Source of the DNA: Turneriella sp.
GTDB taxonomy: Bacteria > Spirochaetota > Leptospiria > Turneriellales > Turneriellaceae
Assembly (NCBI GenBank): GCA_965279515.1
Contig: CBDIID010000003.1
Coordinates: 2,112,001-2,176,000 of the forward strand
Reading direction: 5' to 3'
Length of the DNA stretch: 64,000 nt
Numbering within the stretch: position 1 is the stretch's first letter; the number at the start of each line of letters is the position of its first letter. The position numbers and the translations under genes were made by a program. This document shows, piece after piece, positions 21,071 to 31,400 of the stretch. The notes under the pieces were generated by a model. The model was not told the origin of the DNA and made no database searches. It saw only the letters and a list, made by a program, of their open reading frames with translations.

Positions 21071-21797
21071 TGGCAGGATGAAACAGGTCCCGCATCTTTA
21101 TGGCTTCGGGATCGATCATCTGAATCACCAGGCCGCCGACCGCGGCTAAAACCAAAGTGATCACAAACGGCCAGATGGTCGCGCGGAAGGTGCTCTGCAT
21201 CCAGTCTTTTCTTTGCTCGCGCTTCGCCATGCGGTAAAACCCGACGCTGACCAGAGCCTCGAAAGTAATTTCAAAGATCAGTTCGGGTGCGATATAAACC
21301 ACGTAGAACGAAGAGATAAAAATACCGAAAAGTATGATGATGCCAATGACGAATGGCACCGCATCGCCGTCGCTGAAAAGATCGCCGATATCAGGAAGAC
21401 CTGAACCTCCTGAATCTGCGGACACGGACGAAGCCGCATCGACGACGTCGACCGCCGTTTCGATGGCATCGCCGACACTGTCGCCATCGGCGTTGTCCAG
21501 TGTCGCCGCCACACGTTGCCGGATGATGTCTTTTTCATGACTGATGGAATAGAACCAGTAAATCAAAATGCGCATATAGAGGAAAAAAGCGGCATAGGCA
21601 AAAAGCGCAGCCAGCGAATAACGCAGCCACATCGCCTGCACGCCGCACTTCAGGAGCAGAAACGATGTACCGAGCCCGGTCACGAGCGTCGCCGTCACGA
21701 TCAGGAAAACCTTGAGGCGCGGACTGCCCTGCAGGAGAATATGGTCGCGCGCGCGTTTGCGCAGAACATTCAGATCGGGGGGCATTTTTGTTTTCAT
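21057..21797 (-). CDS. Hypothetical membrane protein with acidic D/G-rich loop
   Basis: 246-aa ORF with about four hydrophobic segments; 14-nt convergent overlap with the ABC-F gene. Confidence 0.75.
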   Translation of the reverse strand: MKTKMPPDLNVLRKRARDHILLQGSPRLKVFLIVTATLVTGLGTSFLLLKCGVQAMWLRYSLAALFAYAAFFLYMRILIYWFYSISHEKDIIRQRVAATLDNADGDSVGDAIETAVDVVDAASSVSADSGGSGLPDIGDLFSDGDAVPFVIGIIILFGIFISSFYVVYIAPELIFEITFEALVSVGFYRMAKREQRKDWMQSTFRATIWPFVITLVLAAVGGLVIQMIDPEAIKMRDLFHPAIKPK

Positions 21798-21801
21798 CGG
21801 G

Positions 21802-22707
21802 TTACCTTAAGGTTTTTTCGAAACAAACCGCCGTCGGGTCGCTTTGCCATTTACCAAAAGATTCAATCCGCCCGAACCCGGCTTTTTCATAGAAGCGGAT
21901 GGCCTCGGGTTGGGGCTCACCGGCGCGTAGCTTAATTCTTTGAAAGCGGTTATGCTGGGCGAAACGTTCGGCGACAGCCACCAGGCGTTGCGCGAGTCCC
22001 GTACCGCGAAAGTCTGGTGCAACATACATAACATCGAGTTCGGCTTCGGTTTCCGTAAAGGGATAGAGGCCGATGCTACCAACCGGGTTCCCTCCGGAAT
22101 AGGCAATCCACAGACCGGCACGTGGCGCAGCAAAGGGTTTGAAGTTCATAGGATTCGGCGCTTTAAAGCCATAACGCGTTTGTATTTCAGTCCAGAGTGC
22201 ATCCAGCACATCGCTCATGCCGGCCGCATGCTCCATGGCGCGTACGATCGGCACATAGGCGCCGATCGGCTTTAACTTCTGATCGTAGTTCTGCAAATAC
22301 GCTTCCCCGCCATTGCAGTTCTCCGGCGAAATGATGTCTTTGAGTTCGGTGATGCGCCCGTCTGCGATGCGCGCTGAAGAATCACCCATGAGCAGAAAAT
22401 CGGGCGCGCCCTTCAGCTTATACGTCGCCTGCCAGCCAAAAAGGATTTCATCGCCGCGTAATCTCGGCCGTCCTGTTTCAGAGACGATGCGTTCGTCGAA
22501 GCGGCGATCAAATTCATTGCAGATTTTCCGGAACTGTGTTTGGATCGCCGCGCGGGTTTTCCATGTACCGGTAAAGGGCGGTGCGCCTTCGACGCTGTAC
22601 GTTGCATCGGCGCTGAAATACGGATCGAGTACGCTCCAGTCATCGCTGTCATAGGCGACCTCGAACGCTTCGAGATAGGCGAGCAGGGTTCGCAGCGGAG
22701 AAACCAT
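21802..22707 (-). CDS. NTF2/SnoaL-like domain fused to GNAT acetyltransferase
   Basis: N-half YFSADATY...G.W..R.AI...ADGRITEL.D; C-half MYVAPDFRGTGLA...AIRFYEKAGF. ATG 22707 overlaps the MAPEG stop (TGATG). Confidence 0.8.
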   Translation of the reverse strand: MVSPLRTLLAYLEAFEVAYDSDDWSVLDPYFSADATYSVEGAPPFTGTWKTRAAIQTQFRKICNEFDRRFDERIVSETGRPRLRGDEILFGWQATYKLKGAPDFLLMGDSSARIADGRITELKDIISPENCNGGEAYLQNYDQKLKPIGAYVPIVRAMEHAAGMSDVLDALWTEIQTRYGFKAPNPMNFKPFAAPRAGLWIAYSGGNPVGSIGLYPFTETEAELDVMYVAPDFRGTGLAQRLVAVAERFAQHNRFQRIKLRAGEPQPEAIRFYEKAGFGRIESFGKWQSDPTAVCFEKTLR

Positions 22708-23120
22708 CAGAGTATCCCCGCGGCGACAGCAAATAGCACCGGTATCAATCCCACAGCGAGCGCCCAAACTGTTGAACGCGCGGTGGCTAAATCAGCGATG
22801 TAGAATGTGCTGTAGATAAGCCGCAGCGCCACATAGGCGACGGCGAGCATGTCTATCAGCATGAGAGGCCCGCGTTGCACCTGGGCAATGATCACCGCTG
22901 CGGCAAAAGGCGCGAAGGATTCGTAAGAATTTAACTGCGCCTGGTGGGCACGGCGGCGCCAGCCGGTGAGGCGATCCGCCGACTTCCGCGGATCCCGGTT
23001 GTCATAACCGGCACTCCAGCGCGAAGTCATATTCCGCTCAGGTAAACCCGTGAGAAAAAGCAATACATAAGGAATCACGCCGACACATAACACAGACCAA
23101 TACGCGACGCTCATATTCAT
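22707..23120 (-). CDS. MAPEG family membrane protein
   Basis: YDN.DPR...L.GW..RA..AQ.NSYE.F..FAAAV, R.IY...YIAD....RS..W. Confidence 0.9.
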   Translation of the reverse strand: MNMSVAYWSVLCVGVIPYVLLFLTGLPERNMTSRWSAGYDNRDPRKSADRLTGWRRRAHQAQLNSYESFAPFAAAVIIAQVQRGPLMLIDMLAVAYVALRLIYSTFYIADLATARSTVWALAVGLIPVLFAVAAGIL

Positions 23121-23178
23121 ACGGCGGATAAAAACACAACAACAGCCGGCAGAAGATGGTTTCGAAACATAGGTTAAA

Positions 23179-23913
23179 TCAGTTTTGGAGACGTAGCGCC
23201 TTTAGATTTGCCAACCCCGGCACAGAGGCAAATTTTTCGGCCAGAATATCCAGTTCATGAAAAAACCAGGCGGCAACACCACGGCTTGTATCAGAACCGA
23301 TAATACCGTGCTGCATCACATAACGGAAAGCGACGATTCCATGCTCGAAAAACGCGGCCTTCTCGATGCGCTCGTATTTAGCTACCGCGTGATGCCATGC
23401 CCCTGGGTTTTCAGCCTCGCTCTTACCGATGCGATCGCAAAAGCCGATATGCTTTTTCTCATCGGCTGCAACTGCGAGAAAAGTGTCCGCGCCGAAGGCA
23501 TCATATGGCCTGAGAGCTTCGGCAATAATCGGGAACTGTTCAACCCCCCGCACTTCGATCGCGCGCAGCATCGCGTAGAGCTCAACCACGGTATTGGCAT
23601 CGCCGGCATTCGCATCGAACTTTGTGCCCATGCGACGGATGATCTGCAACTCGTCGGGGATTTTTTCCGCGGTCATGCCCATGCGGTGCAGGCATTCCTG
23701 GAAGAGACCCGCATGACGCTCCTCATCGGCCTGGTGCGCACGCACAAGCTTTTTGAATTCCATATTTTCGACACGCTCGGCAAGCATGTCAAAAACACCG
23801 TGCTCGTCGCCCTGTTCGGCGGCGATGGCAAAGCTGTAAATATGGCGGCGACCGGCCGGCGTCGCAGCGAGGCCTGACCAGAAGTTTCTGAATGCAAAAT
23901 GAAATAAATTCAT
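23179..23913 (-). CDS. Ferritin-like di-iron domain protein
   Basis: E...DEERH...E...DEKKH carboxylate/His pattern. Confidence 0.75.
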   Translation of the reverse strand: MNLFHFAFRNFWSGLAATPAGRRHIYSFAIAAEQGDEHGVFDMLAERVENMEFKKLVRAHQADEERHAGLFQECLHRMGMTAEKIPDELQIIRRMGTKFDANAGDANTVVELYAMLRAIEVRGVEQFPIIAEALRPYDAFGADTFLAVAADEKKHIGFCDRIGKSEAENPGAWHHAVAKYERIEKAAFFEHGIVAFRYVMQHGIIGSDTSRGVAAWFFHELDILAEKFASVPGLANLKALRLQN

Positions 23914-23985
23914 TGAATCCCTGGCCCGGCATTCATGTCTTGTGGCCGCGCGTCAAGCTTGATCGCTTCGGCGTTTTCTTACCAC

Positions 23986-24921
23986 CTAAAATGCGCGGAC
24001 AACTGCTACCCGCGTTGCGTCGTCGGTACGCTTTGAGCTATCCAAGGATGGACCGACCCCGAGAAAGACAAATCGAACATTCTCTTCTGCCGGCTCGCTG
24101 CGGACAAACATCTTTTCATAACTTGGGCCTGTAATCAGTATATCGAGAAGTGCGATGGCATAAGTGGCGAGCAGCACGTAAGACGAATAGCCGCGCACTT
24201 TTTTCCAGGTTTGCGCCCGGTCATAGTAGGTATCAAAATCTGTGACGGCGTTCTCGTACGTAGTCATGTTGCTGCTGTAAAAAAACTGACCGAAAAACAG
24301 GCCAATAGCAGAACCAACCCAGAGTGTGCCGTAAATGGCACCTCGCCACTGCTTCGCATAAAGATGCCCGGCACCCGGAGCCAGCGCAGTCAAACCGACC
24401 ATCAGGCCATAATCTTTTCTCTGATAAGGCCTGCTGGCTTTCTGGGCAGGGGCGGGAATAGAGGCCACCGATGTCACCGGCAACCCGGTGGTGAGATTTT
24501 CCACGAGCTTGCCTGAAGATGCGGTTATAGCTGCTTTATCTTCTATGATAATTTCTTCGGCCTTGATATATTTTTTTCCCGCAACGTCTAATATCTTCGC
24601 GCTCAAAGTATATTGGTCAAAAGCATGGTCGATCTTACCGACTACCATATGAGTACAACCGAGCGCCCGCCCGACTGCGGCAAGACATGTCTCCGCCGAG
24701 CAGGAATCGACATAACCGATCTGGTCGTTACTCACCACGTCGAATTTTTCGGTCTTGATCAGGGCGATGCGAATACGTTCGGTAATAAATTCAGCTTCGG
24801 CGGGTTTGATTTTTTTTCCCGCCTCGAATTGCATGACAGCAATACGTTCGCGTGCCACCAGAGAATGCATGGCCGTAAAGAAAAGAGCTGTAATACAGCA
24901 GAGTTTAATTGATGATGACAT
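23986..24921 (-). CDS. Exported hypothetical protein: CsgG/TolB-N-like domain plus DUF5683-like membrane domain
   Basis: Signal peptide from ATG 24921; RIAVMQF...KFDVV...G.ALG...MV.G.I; C-terminal A.APGAGHLY...W..G.IY. Confidence 0.65.
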   Translation of the reverse strand: MSSSIKLCCITALFFTAMHSLVARERIAVMQFEAGKKIKPAEAEFITERIRIALIKTEKFDVVSNDQIGYVDSCSAETCLAAVGRALGCTHMVVGKIDHAFDQYTLSAKILDVAGKKYIKAEEIIIEDKAAITASSGKLVENLTTGLPVTSVASIPAPAQKASRPYQRKDYGLMVGLTALAPGAGHLYAKQWRGAIYGTLWVGSAIGLFFGQFFYSSNMTTYENAVTDFDTYYDRAQTWKKVRGYSSYVLLATYAIALLDILITGPSYEKMFVRSEPAEENVRFVFLGVGPSLDSSKRTDDATRVAVVRAF

Positions 24922-25078
24922 TGTTAATTTTATGATTGTTATTTTCGGTCGACTCACCCAAAGCGAGCGACGGCAAACTTGCGCCGGTAAAGATCGCGAC
25001 AGTGAAATCACTGGTTGCTGAGTTACCCTGGTTCTTCACCGTCACCTGGAGATTATGAGCCTGGATAAACTTGGGCAT
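24905..25078 (-). pseudogene. 57-codon mini-ORF resembling a collapsed CARDB (Ig-like) domain
   Basis: Manual translation MPKFIQAHNLQVTVKNQGNSATSDFTVAIFTGASLPSLALGESTENNNHKINNVIIN*. It is too short to appear in the ORF track. Confidence 0.5.
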
Positions 25079-25167
25079 CGGCGCGATTCGCTCAGGTGCG
25101 ATAGCCTGTCACCCGATTGTCGGGTTGCAGGGTATGCTCGTTTTACAGCAGGTAGTTAATTTTTCAG

Positions 25168-26385
25168 TTACACCTGCGGATGCAACTGGTGCCACGTTGT
25201 GGCATGCTGAATAACCTCTGCAACCTGTAATAATTTGCCATCGTCGCCCTGCCTGCCGACAATCTGCAGGCCTACAGGCAATCCCTTCGCGTCCAATCCG
25301 CAGGGAATGGAAATCGCGGGCAGACCGAAATAATTGGCGAAAAAAGTATTCTGCGGCGAAAGCGCCTTCGGGTTTTTCTCCGCTTGAGCGAGAGTTAAAA
25401 CTCCATGAGCGAGCGTCGGCAGAACCAGCACATCGACATCGGCAAAGATTGCGGCATTCGCGGCTTCCCTGAATTTCTGTATCTGAAGCATATTGGGATT
25501 TTCTTCGAACGGCGCCAGCGTCTCCAAAGTGGGATATCCCACTTTTTGCAGGGCGGCAACCGCGGCGGCAAAGGGCTTGCGGACATCTTCGTCTGCGCCG
25601 AAATTTTTTACGATACCCAAACGCAGCGAGGAATCTAAGCGAACCTCGGCATCGGCGACGTATTTTGAACCGGTCAGCGCGTCGGCGACCAGCGTCACGC
25701 CGACGGCGTCGCGCGCCATGATGCCGACAGCCGCGAGTTGCAGAATGACCTCTTCTGCTTTTTCGCCGTCGAGAATGCCTGTATTGTCGATCAGACCCCA
25801 GGTGCACTTGTAACCGACGACACCACAGCATGCCGCGGGCAGGCGCGTCGAGCCAATGGCGTCGGTATCAACCGTCGCATAACACATACCCGCCGCGACG
25901 GCCGCGCCCGAACCACCCGATGAACCGCCGGCGATGTAATCGGTATTCCACGGGTTCTTCACCGCACCGAAAAAACTTTGCGCTGAAGTCGTGCCCATCG
26001 CCAGCTCGTGCATGTTGGTTTTACCGATGAGGATAGCCCCTGCAGCTTTGAGCTTTTGCACTGCCACGGCGTCCTTTTGCGGAATGCGATCTTTGAAATA
26101 TTGGAAGGCCGCCGTGGTCTTGACCCCCGCGGTGTCGTACATGTCTTTGAAAGCGATGGGAATACCATGCAGCGGCCCGCGGTAATTGCCCGCGGCGATT
26201 TCTTTCTCTGCCTCAAGTGCAGCCGCACGGGCCTTGCCCGGCAGCACTGTGATGAAGGCATTGAATTTCGCGTTCAATGCCTCGATGCGTTCGAGGCATG
26301 CTTCGGTTACCTCGACCGGAGATATTTTTCCGCTGCGGATAAGTTCCGCCGTTTCGTAGAGGGTGAGGCAATGCAGGTTTTTCAT
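25168..26385 (-). CDS. Amidase-signature family amidase
   Basis: GPLHGIP...KD, GKTNMHE, NPWN..GGSSGGS, TD..GS.R.PAA.CG, GLP.GLQ. Confidence 0.95.
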   Translation of the reverse strand: MKNLHCLTLYETAELIRSGKISPVEVTEACLERIEALNAKFNAFITVLPGKARAAALEAEKEIAAGNYRGPLHGIPIAFKDMYDTAGVKTTAAFQYFKDRIPQKDAVAVQKLKAAGAILIGKTNMHELAMGTTSAQSFFGAVKNPWNTDYIAGGSSGGSGAAVAAGMCYATVDTDAIGSTRLPAACCGVVGYKCTWGLIDNTGILDGEKAEEVILQLAAVGIMARDAVGVTLVADALTGSKYVADAEVRLDSSLRLGIVKNFGADEDVRKPFAAAVAALQKVGYPTLETLAPFEENPNMLQIQKFREAANAAIFADVDVLVLPTLAHGVLTLAQAEKNPKALSPQNTFFANYFGLPAISIPCGLDAKGLPVGLQIVGRQGDDGKLLQVAEVIQHATTWHQLHPQV

Positions 26386-26906
26386 TTTGTCACGGTCTTA
26401 CCACCGAGCATAGCATCGAGCCGCTTGTAGCTCGTCTCCATGCCGGTTTCCATGCCGGTCTGCATCACCATCTGGCGCACTTCGGCCGAAGGATAATGGC
26501 AGACCAGCGTCATCAGCGTCATGTCGCCATCGCTCGTCAGCACGAGGGTATTCAGCGCAGCGCCTGGATCTTCAGGCGCGTTCGCATTGAAGGCGACCAT
26601 GTCGGGGATGAAACTTTCTGTGTTCACGAGGCGCCCGGGCGCGGCGATCTCTTTGAATACCCCGTGCATTCCGAACGTGGCGCGCTCAGCATGTTTCCAT
26701 GAATAGAGGTACTTGCCGCCGACCTTGAGATCGACGTCGCAGCGGTCGAACTGCCAGCCGTCGGGGCCCAATAGCCAGCGGCGCATCAGCTCGGGTTTCG
26801 TGTGGCAGTCATAAACTAGTTCGCGCGGTGCGGCGAAGTGGCGCGTGAACACCACTTCGGTTTCGCCTTTCAGTTCGAGCTTCAGTTCTTTCTGCAGCGA
26901 AGTCAT
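26382..26906 (-). CDS. SRPBCC (AHSA1/START-like) domain protein
   Basis: TR.F.APRELV.D..TKPEL.RRW..GP, DLKVGG.Y, GM..SY.RLD. Confidence 0.92.
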   Translation of the reverse strand: MTSLQKELKLELKGETEVVFTRHFAAPRELVYDCHTKPELMRRWLLGPDGWQFDRCDVDLKVGGKYLYSWKHAERATFGMHGVFKEIAAPGRLVNTESFIPDMVAFNANAPEDPGAALNTLVLTSDGDMTLMTLVCHYPSAEVRQMVMQTGMETGMETSYKRLDAMLGGKTVTK

Positions 26907-27421
26907 ACAAGCTCCGCCAGTAATTTATCGAGTTCGCGGCAGCATTCTGCCATGCCATCGGGGCCCGCACCAGATTCAAGCACCATCTTGCGCACTTCGG
27001 CCGAAGCATATTTACACACATGTGTCATCAGGGTCGCATTGCCTTCAGTGGTAAACGTGCGCGATTCGACAGTAGCATTCGGGTCTTCGGGAGTATTCGG
27101 ATCGAAGGTAGACAAATCCATGGCGTAATTCTCGGTATTCGCGAACTTTTCAGGCACAACCACCTCTACGAATTTTCCATAAACGCCCATGGCGCCGCCT
27201 TTTGAGTCAACGTAGGCATATAGGTATTTGCCGCCCACTTTCAGGTTTTGCGCGCGTATATCAAGCGTCGTGCCAGGCGGACCGATCAGCCAGCGGCGCA
27301 TCAGCTCGGGTTTCGTATGGCAGTCGAATACCAGTTCGCGCGGCGCTTCGAAATAGCGCGTCACCACGACCTCGTTCTCGCCGCGCAGTTCTACCTTCAG
27401 TTCCTTTTGTTCTGTTTTCAT
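26903..27421 (-). CDS. SRPBCC (AHSA1/START-like) domain protein, tandem paralogue
   Basis: Same motifs as 26382..26906; ATGA overlaps at both ends. Confidence 0.92.
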   Translation of the reverse strand: MKTEQKELKVELRGENEVVVTRYFEAPRELVFDCHTKPELMRRWLIGPPGTTLDIRAQNLKVGGKYLYAYVDSKGGAMGVYGKFVEVVVPEKFANTENYAMDLSTFDPNTPEDPNATVESRTFTTEGNATLMTHVCKYASAEVRKMVLESGAGPDGMAECCRELDKLLAELV

Positions 27422-27834
27422 TTTGTTCCTCTCTTTTTATTTTGCTTCGATTTTATTTTTTTTAAATTTTCTTCCACGCGGAATTTCACCATCTTTTCGA
27501 TCAGCTTAAGCGGCATCTTTTCATCTAACGGAAACTGCACCGAGCCCTTGCCGACCTTGTACTTTGCTAGTGCCTTGTCGAATTCGTTATGCCCGCTGGG
27601 CGTGGCATAGAAGCCGATATGGTTTTTATAACCCGCGAAATAGACGAGGATGCCATGCAGTTCAAAGGCAGGCATCGCATAACTGATTTTTTCGATGGCC
27701 TGGGGAGCAGCCCGCTTCACCGCGGCGCGTACCTGCTGCAAAATTTTTTTCGTTTCGGCCGGGAATTTCTGTATATAGGCGTCGACAGAAGCGGGAATTT
27801 CCCCGCTCGCCTTACTATTTGCCTTTGGTTTCAT
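27418..27834 (-). CDS. DUF1801 / YdhG-like protein
   Basis: VDAYI, AP.A.E.ISYAMPAF, FAGYKNHIGFY, KGSVQFP. Confidence 0.9.
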   Translation of the reverse strand: MKPKANSKASGEIPASVDAYIQKFPAETKKILQQVRAAVKRAAPQAIEKISYAMPAFELHGILVYFAGYKNHIGFYATPSGHNEFDKALAKYKVGKGSVQFPLDEKMPLKLIEKMVKFRVEENLKKIKSKQNKKRGTK

Positions 27835-28162
27835 TTTTATCCTTCAGCGCCTTGAGTTCTTCCAGGACCGCATCGAGCGCCTTGTAGCGTTTTTCCCAAA
27901 ACCGCCGGTATTTCTCGAGCCAATGCGTTGCATCGGCGAGCGGCTGCGCCTCTAGCTTGCGCATGCGCTTCTGCGCCACTATAGTTGTCGAAACAAGCCC
28001 GGCCTCTTCGAGCACCTTGAGGTGGCGCGAGATGGCGGGCTGGCTCATCTTGAAGGGTTTCACCAGTTCATTCACGGATTTTTGCCCCTGGGCAAGACGC
28101 ATGAGTATGGCCCGCCGGGTCGGGTCAGAAAGGGCTGCAAAAGTGGCGTCGAGGGCTTTCAT
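27815..28162 (-). CDS. ArsR/SmtB family transcriptional repressor
   Basis: LDATFAALSDPTRRAIL.RL, V.EL..PF.MSQPAISRHLKVLE.AGLV, WL..YRRFW. Confidence 0.95.
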   Translation of the reverse strand: MKALDATFAALSDPTRRAILMRLAQGQKSVNELVKPFKMSQPAISRHLKVLEEAGLVSTTIVAQKRMRKLEAQPLADATHWLEKYRRFWEKRYKALDAVLEELKALKDKNETKGK

Positions 28163-28168
28163 TTAATT

Positions 28169-28188
28169 ACCAATTGGTTATATAACCA
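28169..28188. promoter_or_regulatory. Candidate ArsR operator (overlapping palindromes)
   Basis: Perfect 14-bp palindrome TGGTTATATAACCA (28175-28188) overlaps ACCAATTGGT (28169-28178), 7-26 nt upstream of the ArsR ATG. Minus-strand TTGACA at 28215-28210. Confidence 0.65.
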
Positions 28189-28418
28189 TACACGCATATA
28201 CAAGCAGATTGTCAAGCAGTTGAAATCAAAAGGCAATGGCACCTGTTGTGCGCGGGATTGCCTTTTCTGGTATGCAGCATGGAATCTGGTTATGCCATAG
28301 CGTGAATCCTCCGATTTTGCTGCGTTTTTCTGTAGCTATCTTTTCAAAGTCGCCGGCTTTAAACAAAAATTTTTCCTTTAACGCGAACGTGTATGGCTGC
28401 ATGCGCGCGGGAGGCCGA

Positions 28419-31400
28419 TTGAATTCACAAATACTCAAAGCCGAGGCATTACAGGCGGCAATCCTCAACAGTAGTCATTTCTCAAGCATCGCCACCGATG
28501 CCAAAGGTGTCATCCAGGTCTTCAATGTCGGCGCCGAGCACATGCTGGGTTACCGCAGCGAAGACGTCGTCGACAAGATGACGCCTGCCGAGCTCTCTGA
28601 TCCGCAGGAAATCCGCGCCCGCGCCGGGGCGCTGAGCCGCGAATTCGGTACCACGATTACAGCGGGATTCGAAGCCCTGATCTATAAGGCAGCCCATGGC
28701 ATCGAAGATATCTACGAACTGACAAAAATCCGCAAAGACGGTAGCCGGTTTCCGGCAGTTGTTTCTGTTACGGCGCTGCGCGATGCGCAGGAAAACATCA
28801 TCGGTTACCTTCTGATCGGCACCGACAATACCGCGCACAAAACCGCCGAAAATGCCCTGCATGCAAGCGAAGCCCTTGGCGAAGCCATTATTGCCTCGGC
28901 GATGGATGCCATCATCTCTATCGATGGCGATTATAACATTTCTGTATTTAATCAGGCTGCAGAAAAAATGTTTGGTTATAGCGCCGCGCAGGTATGCGGA
29001 ACAGGCCTCGAAAGACTCATGCCATTGCGCTTTCGCGCAAAACATAACGACCATATCCGCGATTTTGCGCGGACCAAAACGACCGCACGGTCCATGGGGC
29101 ATCTGGGGAAAATCTACGGCCTGCGCGCTAATGGCGAGGAGTTCCCTATGGAAGTTGCCATTTCGCAGATGCAGCTCCATGGCAATAGAAAATTCACGGC
29201 CATTATCCGGGATACCACAGAACGCATCAAAACGGAGATGGAATTAGCCAAGACACAGGCCCGGTTTCAGGCGTTCTTTGACCTCGACCTGATCGGCATG
29301 GCAATATCGTCACCCGAAAGAAGATTGTTAAATGCAAACAGCCAGCTCTGCCGCATTCTCGGCTACGAGCGCGATGAGCTGATGGGCCTGACCTGGTCGC
29401 AGATGACTCATGCGGACGACCTTGCGGCCGACGAGGCTTTCTTTGAGCGTATGGGGCGTGAAGAAATCGACGCCTATTCCCGGGAAAAAAGGTTCGTCCG
29501 TAAAGACGGGAAAATCCTGCATGCAAAGATTTCCGTACGCTGCGTTAGGCTACCCGACGGCACGATTGATTACCTTTTGGGGCTGTTCGAAGATATCTCA
29601 CCGCGCATCGAAGCCGAATTGGCCCGGTATAAAGAGGCCGAACGCTTTGCGCAGGTGGTCGAAAACATCGGCGAAGTTTTCTGGCTGACCGACCTGGAAA
29701 AGAACCAGATGATTTACCTGAGCCCCCAGTATGAAAAAATCTGGGGAAGACCTGTAAGCAGTCTGTACGAGTCGCTCGAGTCATGGCCGGCAACACTCCA
29801 TGCCGAAGATCGCGCCAGGGTTATGGAAGCCAGGAAAGCGCAGATCGAAGGCACCTACAATATTGAATACAGAATACTGCGCCCCGACGGGGAAATCCGC
29901 TGGGTGCATGACAAGGCTTTTCCCGTCAGGGACGAGAACAACAAAATATACCGCATCGCTGGCGTTGTGGCTGATATAACAGACAGGTTACAGGCAGAAC
30001 ATGATCTGAAAGAGTCGGAGGCAGGATACCGCCGGCTCTTTGAGGCCGCCAAAGACGGTATCCTTATACTGAATGCCGACACCGGTGAAATCCAGGATGT
30101 CAATCCCTTCCTCGCAGATTTATTGGGGTATTCGCATGCGGATTTTATCGGTAAACAGCTTTGGCAAATCGGGGCATTCAAGGATATTCCGGCAAACAAG
30201 ACCAATCTCGCGGAACTGCAGCAGAACCGCTATATACGCTATGAAAACCTTCCCCTCAGAACCATAAAAGGTGATCACATCTTTGTCGAATTTGTCAGCA
30301 ACTCTTATGAAGTCAACGGTCGGCAGGTCATTCAATGTAATATAAGGGATATCAGCGAACGCCGCAAGGCGGCCACGGCCCTGCGCAAATCCACCGATTT
30401 ACTCAAGGCAGTCGTCGCCAATGCGCCCCTGCGCATCTTCTGGAAAGACCGTGATCTGAATTACCTGGGATGTAACCTGTTGTTTGCACAAGACGCCGGC
30501 GAAACAGATCTCGACCAGATCATCGGGAAATCAGATTTTGAAATGAGCTGGAAAGACCAGGCCACAGCGTACCGGGCCGACGACGAAGCGGTACTCGATT
30601 CCGGCAAACCCAAGCTGGCATTTGAAGAACGCCAGACCAAACAGGACGGCAGCAGTCTCTGGCTGAGAACCTCTAAAGTGCCGTTGCGGGATGAAAACGA
30701 TCACGTCATCGGTATCTTAGGTATCTACGAAGATATTACTGAAAGCAAGCGCGCGGTTGATGCGGTCAAGGAAAGCGAATCGCGGTTTCGGCAACTTGCG
30801 GAAACGATACAGGAAATTTTCTTCCTCACGGATCCGGAAATGACGCAGATCTTTTATGTCAGTCCCGCCTATACGACGATCACAGGGCGCAGCTGTGAAA
30901 GCCTCTATGCGAATCCGCAAAACTGGCTCACGGGAATTCATCCCGACGATATGCAGCGCGTTTTAGCCGCAGTTGCACCGGGAGGAAAACTAGTCGCTTC
31001 AGATGTGGATTTCCGCCTTAAGGACCTCGCCGGCCACGAACATGCGGTACGCGGCCGCGCTTTTCCGATACTCAACGCCGCGGGCGAAACCTATCGTTTC
31101 GCCGGCCTGATCGAGGATCAAACCCGCCAGAAACACGTCGAACTGCAATTACAGCAGGCGCAGAAAATGGAGGCAATCGGCAGGCTATCCGGGGGAATAG
31201 CGCATGACTTTAATAACCTGCTCACCGTCATTCTCGGCCATGCCTCCATACTGGAAACTCTCGACGAAAACCGGGAGGCTCAGGATTCTGTGGCTGAAAT
31301 CAGAAAAGCGGGGGAACGCGCGGCAGGCCTGACACGACAATTGCTGTTATTCTCGCGGCGCGAAAAACCGCATTTGATTCGTATCAACATAAACACTGCA

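Noticed and set aside
25168..26385. Calling the amidase gatA
   Set aside because: Short, no gatB/gatC nearby, and located in an ArsR-SRPBCC operon.
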